55,036 nt of DNA from Candidatus Hadarchaeota archaeon. GTDB lineage: Archaea; Hadarchaeota; Hadarchaeia; Hadarchaeales; JAWBSP01. A program made the translations under genes and the position numbers. Every line of letters begins with the position of its first letter. Within the stretch, counting starts at the first letter, position 1. The notes beneath the pieces were generated by a model. The model had not been told where the DNA came from. It ran no database searches and was given only the letters and a program-made list of their open reading frames with translations. The stretch spans positions 1 through 55,036 of the forward strand of contig CAZWBJ010000006.1 in the NCBI GenBank assembly GCA_964632175.1, read 5' to 3'. Positions 19,280 through 28,185 of the stretch are shown piece after piece.

Positions 19280-19731
19280 TGCCTCACCACCGCTATTCGT
19301 TCAAAGTTGAAGGTCCCTGTGCCAGAGCCTATGGCAGGGAGCTGAGGATTTCCCGCAAGCATGCTGAGGAGCTCTGCAGGGCCATAAAAGGTATGGGTTT
19401 GGAGGAGTCCAAGAGGTTTCTGGAGGGGGTAGCTTCAGGGGAGATCCCGGTGCCCTTTAGGCGGCACAGCAAGAAGCTTGGTCATAGGAGGGGATGCGGG
19501 GGGGCGGGCAGGTTTCCGAGAAAGGCAGCCAAAGAATTTTTGAAGCTCCTGCGGAACGCGGAAGCCAACGCGGTCTATAAGGGACTGGCGGTGGAAAGGC
19601 TCCGGATCGTTCACGCCTGTGCCAAGAAGGGGATGGTGATTCCAGGCTACCTGCCCCGCGCCTTCGCCAGGGCCACCCCCTTCCATCAGGAGCTGACCAA
19701 TGTGGAGATGGTGTTGAAAGAGGTGAGCTGA
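19279..19731 (+). CDS. rpl22: 50S ribosomal protein L22 (uL22)
   Basis: ISRKHAEELCRAIKGM, GRFPRKAA, PRAFARATP. Confidence 0.95.
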   Translation: MPHHRYSFKVEGPCARAYGRELRISRKHAEELCRAIKGMGLEESKRFLEGVASGEIPVPFRRHSKKLGHRRGCGGAGRFPRKAAKEFLKLLRNAEANAVYKGLAVERLRIVHACAKKGMVIPGYLPRAFARATPFHQELTNVEMVLKEVS

Positions 19732-20357
19732 TGCCCTCTTCCTCGGAACTCTGGTTTGTCAGTTACGGCTTTGAGAGAGCCAAGCTGGAGGAGTTCCTGG
19801 CGAGAAAGCTGGAAAGAGCAGGTTATGGCGGGGTTGAGATTCAGAGGACACCCACAGGAACCAAGCTCACGCTCTATGTGGAGAGGCCGGGGATCGTCAT
19901 CGGGAAGGGAGGGGAGAGCATAAGGGAACTTGAGGAAATCTTGCAAAAGACGTACAGGATAGAGAAGCCGCAGGTGGAGGTCCTGGAGCTGAAGAATCCG
20001 GATCTGTGCGCCCCCATCATGGCTAGGAGGATAGCCTCCGCCTTGGAGCGCGGGGTGAGCGTTAGGCGGATAGGGCACATCTATATGAAAAGAATTATGG
20101 CAGCGGGGGCTAGGGGGGTGGAGATAAGGATCTCTGGGAAGATTGCTGGGGATAGAGCGAGGAGCGAGAGGTTCTTCCAGGGCTACCTCAGCAAAGCGGG
20201 AGAGTATTCGGAGAAGTTCGTGAGCACCGGTTATGCTCAGGCAATGCTGAGGCCCGGGGTGGTTGGGGTGAAGGTGAAAATCATGCTGCCGCAGGAACCG
20301 ACTTTATCTGGGGTAGGGAAGGAGGAGGCGGAGGAAGTTGGCGAGGCTGAGAGCTGA
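19731..20357 (+). CDS. rps3: 30S ribosomal protein S3 (uS3)
   Basis: RAGYGG, RPGIVIGKGG (KH domain), GARGVEIRISGK. Confidence 0.96.
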   Translation: MPSSSELWFVSYGFERAKLEEFLARKLERAGYGGVEIQRTPTGTKLTLYVERPGIVIGKGGESIRELEEILQKTYRIEKPQVEVLELKNPDLCAPIMARRIASALERGVSVRRIGHIYMKRIMAAGARGVEIRISGKIAGDRARSERFFQGYLSKAGEYSEKFVSTGYAQAMLRPGVVGVKVKIMLPQEPTLSGVGKEEAEEVGEAES

Positions 20358-20556
20358 CGAACTGAGGGGGATGGGGATAGGGGAGTTGAGGGAGAAGCTA
20401 AGGGAATTAAGGACCGAGCTGGCGAGGGAAAGGGCCGCAGCGGCAGCTGGTACTTCTGCGGAGAACCCCATGAGGATTAGGGAGCTCAGGAGGGCGATAG
20501 CAAGGGTGCTCACAGTTATAAAAGAGGAGCAGTTGAGAAAAGAGAGAAGGAGCTGA
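20338..20556 (+). CDS. rpl29: 50S ribosomal protein L29 (uL29)
   Basis: ENPMRIRELRRAIARVLT. Confidence 0.94.
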   Translation: MARLRADELRGMGIGELREKLRELRTELARERAAAAAGTSAENPMRIRELRRAIARVLTVIKEEQLRKERRS

Positions 20557-20864
20557 TGCCTGAAGTCTGCAAGATCTGCGGTCTCCCCAAAGAGCTCTGC
20601 ATTTGCGAGGGGATAGCTAGGGAGCAGCAGAGAATAAACATCTACACAGAGGAAAGGAAGTTCGGGAAAAAGGTGGTCATCGTGGAGGGGCTCGATCCGA
20701 AATCGATAGACCTCAAGAGCCTGCTGAAGGAACTCAAGTCCAGACTCGCCTGCGGTGGAACCTTCAAAAACAACCTGCTGGAACTCCAGGGTGGGAACAA
20801 GGAGAAGGTGAGGGAGCTGCTGCTGGAGATGGGATTTCCAGAGGGATCCATAAACGTAAGGTAG
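20556..20864 (+). CDS. sui1: Translation initiation factor aIF1 (SUI1)
   Basis: CKICGLPKELCIC, LKSRLACGGT, ELQG. Confidence 0.95.
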   Translation: MPEVCKICGLPKELCICEGIAREQQRINIYTEERKFGKKVVIVEGLDPKSIDLKSLLKELKSRLACGGTFKNNLLELQGGNKEKVRELLLEMGFPEGSINVR

Positions 20865-20872
20865 GTGGTTCC

Positions 20873-21163
20873 ATCCCCATCACCAGATCGAACCTGTTGA
20901 GGCACGAGTGGATAGGCTTGAGAGTAGAGGTCGTGCGAAGTGCCGACCCCGGGCTCACAGGGAGAGGTGGGGTGGTGGTGGACGAAACTCAGAAGATGCT
21001 TGTGCTGGAGGAGGAGGGAAGGGTGGTGAAGATTCCCAAGGCACTATGTGTCCTCCGCTTCACCCTTCCCAACGGGGAGAAGGTGGAGGTGGATGGGAGG
21101 AAAACCGTTATGAGACCGGAGGAGAGGATTAAAATATATGAAAGACATCGGGCTGAACGTTAG
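20873..21163 (+). CDS. rnp1: Ribonuclease P protein component 1 (Rpp29/POP4)
   Basis: (I)[19 protein letters not shown]...[11 protein letters not shown]...RPEERI. Conserved N-terminus extends upstream of the track start (20897) to an ATC codon at 20873. Confidence 0.9.
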   Translation: MPITRSNLLRHEWIGLRVEVVRSADPGLTGRGGVVVDETQKMLVLEEEGRVVKIPKALCVLRFTLPNGEKVEVDGRKTVMRPEERIKIYERHRAER

Positions 21164-21458
21164 AGCACCCGAGGGCACCTGCACCGACCCCCGTTGCCCC
21201 TTTCACGGGGGGCTTAAGGTGAGGGGGAGGATACTGGAGGGGGTGGTGGTGAGTGATAGGATGCATAGAACGGTGACGGTGGCCGTGGAGAGGTTGCATT
21301 TCGTGAGGAAGTACGAGAGGTACGAGAGGAGGACCGCGAAGCTCCACGCCCATAACCCACCCTGCATCGGGGCGAAGGCAGGGGACAAGGTGAAGATAGC
21401 CGAATGCAGAAGGCTGAGTAAAACCAAGTCCTTTGTGGTGGTGGAGAAGGGGGGATGA
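21138..21458 (+). CDS. rps17: 30S ribosomal protein S17 (uS17)
   Basis: [29 protein letters not shown]. Confidence 0.97.
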   Translation: MKDIGLNVRAPEGTCTDPRCPFHGGLKVRGRILEGVVVSDRMHRTVTVAVERLHFVRKYERYERRTAKLHAHNPPCIGAKAGDKVKIAECRRLSKTKSFVVVEKGG

Positions 21459-21461
21459 GGA

Positions 21462-21887
21462 GTGGGTAAGAAGGGAGCAGGTGAAGCCTTTGGAATTTCT
21501 CCTGTTACCCCCGTCCGCGTGCTTCCTGTGGGGGCGAGGCTTTTCTGTGCCGATAACACTGGGGTCAAGGAGCTGCAGATAGTTTCGGTGGTGGGGTATA
21601 AGGGCTCAAGGCGCAGGATGGGGAAAGCGGGGGTGGGGGATCAGGTGGTGGGCGCGGTGAAGAAGGGGACGCCGGAGTTCAAGAAAAAGCTGGTGAGGGC
21701 GGTGATAGTGAGGCAGAAGAAAGAATACAGGAGGACCGATGGGATAAGGATAAAGTTTGAGGACAATGCCGCGGTGCTGATCAACCCGGACGGCAGCCCG
21801 CGCGGAACGCAGGTGAGGGGGGCCGTCGCTAGGGAGGCGGCCGAGAGGTGGCCAAAGATAGCGGGAATCTCTTCCATAGTGGTCTGA
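21462..21887 (+). CDS. rpl14: 50S ribosomal protein L14 (uL14)
   Basis: [27 protein letters not shown]. Confidence 0.97.
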   Translation: MGKKGAGEAFGISPVTPVRVLPVGARLFCADNTGVKELQIVSVVGYKGSRRRMGKAGVGDQVVGAVKKGTPEFKKKLVRAVIVRQKKEYRRTDGIRIKFEDNAAVLINPDGSPRGTQVRGAVAREAAERWPKIAGISSIVV

Positions 21888-22237
21888 TGGTCAGCGCCCA
21901 ACCTCGAAAGCAGAGGCTTCTTCATTACCGGGCTCCTCTTCACCGGAGGGGGAAATTTTTGGGCGCCCACTTGAGCAAGGAGTTGAGAGAAAGACTCGGG
22001 AAGAGGCACCTGAGGGTAAGAAGGGGGGACAGGGTTAGAATACTCAGGGGGGACTTCAAAGGGCTTGAGGGAGAGGTGCTTTCGGTTGATACTAAGCGCG
22101 AGAGAGTGTACGTACAGGGTGCCTCCATAAGGAAAGCCGATGGAACGGAGGTGCCGATGGGTATCCATCCCTCCAACCTTCTCATCCTCAAGCTGGCGGA
22201 AGACAAGAGACGGGTGAAACGGAAGAAAGAGGGATGA
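21887..22237 (+). CDS. rpl24: 50S ribosomal protein L24 (uL24)
   Basis: SAQPRKQR, APLHRR, KOW motif VRRGDRVRILRGDFKG, IHPSN. Confidence 0.96.
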   Translation: MVSAQPRKQRLLHYRAPLHRRGKFLGAHLSKELRERLGKRHLRVRRGDRVRILRGDFKGLEGEVLSVDTKRERVYVQGASIRKADGTEVPMGIHPSNLLILKLAEDKRRVKRKKEG

Positions 22238-22842
22238 GGAGATGGATATCCATTCTGCTTGTGGTGGTTTTCTTGGTGCAGATTTTGGCTATGGGGATAT
22301 TATACAGAAGGGAGGAGGTGGTCTGGGTGCCTGGGAAAAAGGTTCTGATGGTGGTGGCGCCTGAGAATTTTAGGGACGAGGAACTCTTCGACACACGGAG
22401 GGAGCTGGAAAAAGCCGGGATCGAGGTAGGGGTAGCTAGTGCTAAGAAGGGGACGATTCGGGGAATGCTCGGCGGCACGGTGAGGCCCGATTTCACCTTG
22501 GAGGAGGTTGAGGTGGAGGACTGGGATGCCATAGTATTCGTGGGGGGAACGGGTTGCCAGGTTTACTTTGAGAACGAGAAGGTCTTGTCTCTGGCTAAAG
22601 CGGCGGCGGAGCGGGGGAAGAAGGTTTGCGCCATTTGCATCGCGCCCGTGATCTTGGCTAATGCGGGCCTGCTTGAAAACAGGAAAGCCACGGTGTGGGA
22701 TGGGGAGTTCAGAGAGATGCTCGAGAACAAGGGGGCCCACTACGTGAGCAAATCAGTGGTAGTGGACGGAAACTTCATCACCGCGAACGGGCCGGCGGCG
22801 GCCGGAGAGTTCGGGCGCACCATCGCCAAGCAGCTTAAGTGA
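22234..22842 (+). CDS. DJ-1/PfpI family protein with N-terminal hydrophobic anchor
   Basis: FRDEE, DAIVFVGG, nucleophile elbow AICIAP, ITANGP; residues 4-23 are hydrophobic. Confidence 0.88.
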   Translation: MRRWISILLVVVFLVQILAMGILYRREEVVWVPGKKVLMVVAPENFRDEELFDTRRELEKAGIEVGVASAKKGTIRGMLGGTVRPDFTLEEVEVEDWDAIVFVGGTGCQVYFENEKVLSLAKAAAERGKKVCAICIAPVILANAGLLENRKATVWDGEFREMLENKGAHYVSKSVVVDGNFITANGPAAAGEFGRTIAKQLK

Positions 22843-24116
22843 TGGATCTCCTGATTCGGGGGGGCCTTGTTCTAACGCCCAGGTTTGAGGCGGTTAGGGC
22901 AGACGTGGCCATCGAGGGAAACAGGATAGTGGCTGTGGGCGAGGTCAAGGGCACCGCCGATGTAGTTCTTGAGGCGAGGAAGAAGCTGGTCATGCCCGGG
23001 CTGGTAAATGCCCACACGCACCTCTCCATGTGCCTGCTGAGGGGTCAGGCAGAGGATCTTCCTCTTAGGCGGTGGCTGGAGGAGAAGATATGGCCGGTGG
23101 AGCGCAGGCTGAAGCCCGAGCACGTGTACGCCGGGGCGCTGCTGGGTTGCCTTGAAATGATAAGGTCCGGCACCACCTGCTTTTCCGACATGTACTTCCA
23201 CATGGAGGAAGTGGCGAGAGCGGTTAGGGAGTCGGGGCTCAGAGCTTCCCTCTCTTACGGTATCATCGAACTCGGGGATCCGGGACGGAGGAAGGCTGAG
23301 CTAAGGAAGGCGGTGGAACTTTTGGCGGAGAGAAATGACAGAATAGAGGTCATGCTTGGTCCCCACGCACCCTATACTTGTTCGGATGAGTGTCTTCTAG
23401 AGGTCAAGGAGTTGTCGGAGAAGCACGGGCTGGGGATTCACATCCATCTCTCGGAAACGAGGGAAGAGGTCACGGAATCGATTAAAAGGACGGGAAAGCC
23501 CCCCGTTCTCCACTTAGAGGAGATAGGTTTTCTTGGCCCTAGACTTCTGGCGGCTCACTGCGTCCATGTGAGCAGGGAAGAGGTCAAGACTCTGGCGAAG
23601 CATGGGGCGAAGGTGGTGCACAACCCGGCGAGCAACCTCAAGCTGGCATCGGGCGTGGCGCCGGTGAGGGAGATGCTGGACGAAGGAGTGGAGGTGGCCC
23701 TAGGCACGGACGGCCCAGCGAGCAACAACAGTTTGGACATGTTCAGGGAGATGAGGCTCTGTGCTCTGCTTCAGAAATGGAGGACGGGGGATCCCTCCCG
23801 TATGAAGGCAGAGGAAGTCCTTAGGATGGCGACACTCGGCGGGGCAAGAGCGCTGGGAATCGAAGGGGTGGGGACAGTCGAACCGGGCAGGAAGGCAGAC
23901 TTGATTCTAGTCGATCTCACCTCTCCTCACTTGGTTCCTCCTCCCAAGACCATCTCCAACATAATTTACTCGGCAGTGGGGGCCGACGTGGACACCGTGA
24001 TCGTTGACGGGAAAATTCTGATGCAGAACAGGAAGGTCCTAACCCTTTCGGAAGAAGAGGTGATGAGGCGGGCAGAGAAGGCGTCCGAGGAGCTTGGAGG
24101 CGATGTCGCGGGTTAG
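22842..24116 (+). CDS. Amidohydrolase, MtaD/DadD-like (MTA/SAH/5'-deoxyadenosine deaminase)
   Basis: PGLVNAHTH, PHAPYTCS, HIHLSET, AHCV, HNPASNLKLASG, GTDGPASNN; adjacent to ahcY. Confidence 0.85.
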   Translation: MDLLIRGGLVLTPRFEAVRADVAIEGNRIVAVGEVKGTADVVLEARKKLVMPGLVNAHTHLSMCLLRGQAEDLPLRRWLEEKIWPVERRLKPEHVYAGALLGCLEMIRSGTTCFSDMYFHMEEVARAVRESGLRASLSYGIIELGDPGRRKAELRKAVELLAERNDRIEVMLGPHAPYTCSDECLLEVKELSEKHGLGIHIHLSETREEVTESIKRTGKPPVLHLEEIGFLGPRLLAAHCVHVSREEVKTLAKHGAKVVHNPASNLKLASGVAPVREMLDEGVEVALGTDGPASNNSLDMFREMRLCALLQKWRTGDPSRMKAEEVLRMATLGGARALGIEGVGTVEPGRKADLILVDLTSPHLVPPPKTISNIIYSAVGADVDTVIVDGKILMQNRKVLTLSEEEVMRRAEKASEELGGDVAG

Positions 24117-25350
24117 GGATTTAAGCTTGGCCCCCGCGGGCAGGGCGCGGATAGAGTGGGCTTCCCATCACATGCCAGTCCTCGCCCAGATACGGGAGGA
24201 ATTTGGGAGGGAGAAACCGCTGAAGGGGCTGAGAATTGGGATGGCTCTCCACGTGGAGGCCAAAACCGCGGTGTTGGCGAGGACGTTGAGGGAAGGGGGG
24301 GCGAAAGTCGCGATAGCAGGATGCAATCCTCTCTCCACCAAGGACGAATGCGCGGCAGCCCTAGCCGAGGAGGGATTCGAGGTCTTTGCTTGGAGGGGTG
24401 AAACGGAGGAGGAATATTTTTCCAACCTGCGGAGCGTCCTAGAGACGAATCCCAACCTGCTGGTGGATGACGGGGGCGACCTGGTTTCCCTGGCTCACCA
24501 GCTGGGGGTAGAGGGCGTTCTGGGGGCCTGCGAGGAGACCACCACCGGGGTGAACAGGCTCAGGAGAATGGAGGAGGAGCACATTCTGAGGTTCCCGGTC
24601 ATTGCCGTGAACGACTCGCCCTCCAAGAGGCTCTTCGACAACCGCTTTGGAACTGCCGAGTCCACTCTCCAGGCCCTCATGGGTCTCACCAACCTCCAAG
24701 TCTCCGGGAAGAAGGTGGTGGTAGTGGGATACGGTTACGTGGGCAGGGGCATCGCTTCCAGGTTGAAGGGGATGGGCGCCGTAGTCAGTGTTGTTGAGAC
24801 GGACCCTGTCAGGGCCCTCGAGGCGGCGATGGATGGGTTTCAGGTTGCGGACATGCAGGAGGCTGCCAGCAGAGGGGAGGTTTTCATAACCTGCACGGGC
24901 AGCATACGGGTGATCAGGGGGGAGCACTTCGAGCGGATGCGCGACGGGGTGATTCTAGCAAATGCGGGGCACTTCGATGTTGAAATAGACCTACCTTCTT
25001 TGGAGGCTCTCTCAGCGTCTAGAAGGGAAATTCTCCCAGATGTGGAGGAGTTCAAGCTCAAAGACGGGAGGAGGATTTTTCTGCTCTGCCGGGGGAGGCT
25101 CGTGAACTTGGCAGGCGAGCGCTCACTGGGTCACCCGGCGGAGATCATGGACATGAGCTTCTCTCTCCAGGCCCTCTCCCTCCGGTACTTGGCACGGCAC
25201 GCGGGCGAAATGCGGCCGGGTGTCTACCGGGTCCCGGAGGAGATTGATAGGAGGGTGGCCGAGCTGAAACTCCGCTCTCTCGGCGGAAAGCTCGAAAGGG
25301 AAACGGAGGAGCAGGTGAGGTACAGGTCACACTGGCGTCCCGGGGTCTAG
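24103..25350 (+). CDS. ahcY: Adenosylhomocysteinase (possibly S-inosylhomocysteine-preferring)
   Basis: CNPLST, DDGGD, EETTTGV, FDNRFGT, GYGYVGRG, NAGHFDVEI, GHPAEIMDMSF. Confidence 0.95.
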   Translation: MSRVRDLSLAPAGRARIEWASHHMPVLAQIREEFGREKPLKGLRIGMALHVEAKTAVLARTLREGGAKVAIAGCNPLSTKDECAAALAEEGFEVFAWRGETEEEYFSNLRSVLETNPNLLVDDGGDLVSLAHQLGVEGVLGACEETTTGVNRLRRMEEEHILRFPVIAVNDSPSKRLFDNRFGTAESTLQALMGLTNLQVSGKKVVVVGYGYVGRGIASRLKGMGAVVSVVETDPVRALEAAMDGFQVADMQEAASRGEVFITCTGSIRVIRGEHFERMRDGVILANAGHFDVEIDLPSLEALSASRREILPDVEEFKLKDGRRIFLLCRGRLVNLAGERSLGHPAEIMDMSFSLQALSLRYLARHAGEMRPGVYRVPEEIDRRVAELKLRSLGGKLERETEEQVRYRSHWRPGV

Positions 25351-26877
25351 CACCCAGCTGAACTTTCTCAGCAGACTCCGGGTGTATATCTTTCTGATGT
25401 CCAGCTCCACCTCTTTTGCCCATTTTGCATAAATCTCAGGGTTGATGTAACTCCTGAGGGAGGTTCCGAGGTTGTAATTCTTGACGCTTTTCATCAGCTC
25501 CAGCCTTCGCCTCTGCTCCCTGAGTTTCTCCCTCAATTTTTTCAACCTCTCCCTCTGTTTCTTGGTTTTTGCCTCCTGTTGGAGTAGCCGGATTTTTTCC
25601 TTCAATAGCTTTATCTTTTCCTCCCGCTTTTCTAGTCTCTCCTTCCAGTTCTTCGGCGGGGTCTTCTTGTGGTTCAGAATTTGTGCAGCCCTCAGGTTGG
25701 CGATCTTGGCCGCGAAAACCTTTTCGAACTCCGCATCATCCCTGCCAACCCCGGCCTCCTTCAGAGCCTTTTCAACCTCTGCGCTGGCGGAGTAGGTTCG
25801 GAAGACCTTGGCGGTTATCCCAGGAACGATTCTCCCTAGGAACTCGTTTACCTGCTCGCACCTTATCTCAGGGAACAGCCTGTCAGTGGAATTGTTCATG
25901 AACTCCCTCAGGTTCTTGACTACCTGTGGGTGAACTTCGATGGTCTTGTGGAACCTGACCGCCCCCTTTCCGAGGAAGTCGAACTCAACCTTGTTTTCCC
26001 CGACGATTTTGACGTTGGATTTTCGGAGAGTGGTCGCTCCAATGGTGTCAAGTTCATCGGGGTCCTTTTCATCCCCCACCCTTATCTTCAGGAGGTCGAT
26101 GAGGTAGGCGACGGTGGCGATTTTCCTCAGGAGGGGGTCGGGGGAGCTGAGCCCCTTCTCCACATGTCTCTTTATTTCAGGCAGTTTCTGGCCTAGTTTC
26201 TTCGCCAGTTCAAATTTTTGTCTCTCCCGCTCCTGTTTGAGGGGGGCAGTGTCGGAGATCCAGACGTATTTCATTTTTTCCGTCAGCTTATCCCTCCACC
26301 GGGCAATCCAAAGGGAATCCGGATCCCAGACTCTTCCCCCCCACGCTGTTCCATCCGGTACCGGCGGGGTGGGGGCGTCGGGAGAGAGATTCAGGGTGAT
26401 ATCGGAGTAGTTTATCCTGGGTTTCCATCTCCCCCTGAGCGGGTGCCTCCCACGCCCCACAAAGATGCAGGGAGGTTCCACCATGAAGTTCACCTCAACC
26501 TTCTGCCCGTCGATGATGGCAAACCCGTATTTTTCCCGCCTCTCCTCCCTCTCCCGCTTGCGGGCCTCGGAGAGGAGCTTCTTTTCCTCACGGCTCATGG
26601 TCTCCTTCTTGAGTTTCTCCTCTTCGAGCCATCTCCGGATCTCGCTGAAGTCAAAATCCTCCAGCTTTCCCTCCACTCCTAGTGCCGAGCAGAAGTCTCT
26701 CAGGAAGTTTCTGACGAAGACGGGATCCTGCAGGCGCTCGGGTGGGCACTTGCATAGGGCCACCGCCATTTCCTCCTGCTCGGGGGTTAGGGCGAGCACC
26801 TGTCCGCGATACCTGATTTTGAAACCCTTTGGCTGGTAGGGCGGGATGAAAACCCCGTTGTGAATGAGCTGCTTCAT
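25327..26877 (-). CDS. DNA topoisomerase IB (eukaryote/Thaumarchaeota long type)
   Basis: HNGVFIPP, EPPCIFVGRGRHPLRGRWK, KMKYV; catalytic pentad R (IRVG), K (FLGK), R (AKVFRTY), H (LNHK), Y (LGTSLRSYINP); coiled-coil linker. Confidence 0.95.
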   Translation of the reverse strand: MKQLIHNGVFIPPYQPKGFKIRYRGQVLALTPEQEEMAVALCKCPPERLQDPVFVRNFLRDFCSALGVEGKLEDFDFSEIRRWLEEEKLKKETMSREEKKLLSEARKREREERREKYGFAIIDGQKVEVNFMVEPPCIFVGRGRHPLRGRWKPRINYSDITLNLSPDAPTPPVPDGTAWGGRVWDPDSLWIARWRDKLTEKMKYVWISDTAPLKQERERQKFELAKKLGQKLPEIKRHVEKGLSSPDPLLRKIATVAYLIDLLKIRVGDEKDPDELDTIGATTLRKSNVKIVGENKVEFDFLGKGAVRFHKTIEVHPQVVKNLREFMNNSTDRLFPEIRCEQVNEFLGRIVPGITAKVFRTYSASAEVEKALKEAGVGRDDAEFEKVFAAKIANLRAAQILNHKKTPPKNWKERLEKREEKIKLLKEKIRLLQQEAKTKKQRERLKKLREKLREQRRRLELMKSVKNYNLGTSLRSYINPEIYAKWAKEVELDIRKIYTRSLLRKFSWVLDPGTPV

Positions 26878-26901
26878 TCTACAACTGATTCGGTAAGCGT
26901 T

Positions 26902-27342
26902 TTAGGCCACTTTAACGTACCTGAGGGTTTGTCCTGTGGGCTTCCAAGCGATGCTGATGACACTCCCAAACGAGAGCGACTTGGGAAGTTGCACCTGCAG
27001 GTAGTCCCCCGGCTCGAAGTCGCTCTTCAGCTCGCCGCCGTTGAGTATGAGGGACTTGGGGGTTTTACCGTCGATTCTTATAATCAAATTTTTCAGCGTT
27101 ATGGCCCCCCCCGTCGTCGTAAAGGCGTCGCGTAGGTTATCCCCCGTCGAGAAGTAGACCGTTATAAATTCGTTGTCCGCCTGGCCAGCGTAGTAGTTCT
27201 CCACCGTCAAATCCGCAAAAACAGGGGGGGTGATCCTCCCCACCATTCCCATGGCGACAACAGCCACCACGCTGACGAGCAGGACGGTAACCACTATAAG
27301 CAAAACTGTCGCAATTACTGGCGATACCCCCTTAACCTCCAT
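26902..27342 (-). CDS. Archaeal type IV pilin (class III signal peptide)
   Basis: MEVKG|VSPVIATVLLIVVTV: KG cleavage motif followed by a hydrophobic helix. Confidence 0.9.
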   Translation of the reverse strand: MEVKGVSPVIATVLLIVVTVLLVSVVAVVAMGMVGRITPPVFADLTVENYYAGQADNEFITVYFSTGDNLRDAFTTTGGAITLKNLIIRIDGKTPKSLILNGGELKSDFEPGDYLQVQLPKSLSFGSVISIAWKPTGQTLRYVKVA

Positions 27343-27396
27343 CAAACCTTATTTTGTTTAAAGGATTTTATTCACAGCACCGTAAGTGCTGAGAGG

Positions 27397-28185
27397 TTGC
27401 CGAGGGAGGAAGGGTTGGTGATACCAACGGGGGTGAAGTCTATCGATTTGTTAGCCGGAGGTGGAATCGCTGCCGGTTCTCTCATCCTGCTCTATGGCCC
27501 CGCTCAGACCTTCAAGTCGGAGTTCCTCGCCACGACCGCCTTTGTCAATGCCGCACTCAGGGAAGGCCATCTCACCCCTCCGAGAAGAGTGAAGGTGCCA
27601 AAGGAGACATGGTATGTGAGCTTTTCCAAAACCCCGCAGGAGATCCTCTCCTCCGTCAGAGCCACCTTCAGCAAGAGGTTTTTCGAGATTTTCAAGAGGA
27701 ACGTGAAGTTTCTTGATCAGAGTAAAGAGTATCTCTCCTTGGTGGGGTCCATGTGGGAGAAAAAGAAGATCCCGGACACGAGGAAGTTTCTCCTGCAGCT
27801 CGTGAATTCGCTCAAAAAAATTGGACCAGATTCACAGATTTTCCTTTACACCCTCACCGACATCGCCAGACTTCTCCAAGATAAGCCCTTGGAGTTTCTC
27901 TCCTTCATGGAGGGCCTTCGCAGCGCCTCTCACGGCTGGAAGGGCCTAGTCGCCGGTATTCTGAGAAAGGGTGTCCTACCCCCCGCGCTGGAGGAAGACA
28001 TCCTCTCCGCTTCGGATGGCACCTTCTATTTTGATGTGGAGAGGGTTGGAGGAGCCGACAGGTACACCTTAACGGTTCTGGCACTTGCAGGGGTTCCCGC
28101 CTCCGCGCTGGGTCAGGTTTTTGAAGTCTCGGTGGGCCCAGATGGGTTCCATGCGGAGGCCGTAAAGTCTGTCCTCGGGATTTAG
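27397..28185 (+). CDS. KaiC/RecA-superfamily ATPase-like protein, degenerate motifs
   Basis: IPTGVKSIDLLAGGGI..GSLILLYG; Walker A reads GPAQTFKS; C-terminal SDGTFYF. Confidence 0.75.
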   Translation: MPREEGLVIPTGVKSIDLLAGGGIAAGSLILLYGPAQTFKSEFLATTAFVNAALREGHLTPPRRVKVPKETWYVSFSKTPQEILSSVRATFSKRFFEIFKRNVKFLDQSKEYLSLVGSMWEKKKIPDTRKFLLQLVNSLKKIGPDSQIFLYTLTDIARLLQDKPLEFLSFMEGLRSASHGWKGLVAGILRKGVLPPALEEDILSASDGTFYFDVERVGGADRYTLTVLALAGVPASALGQVFEVSVGPDGFHAEAVKSVLGI

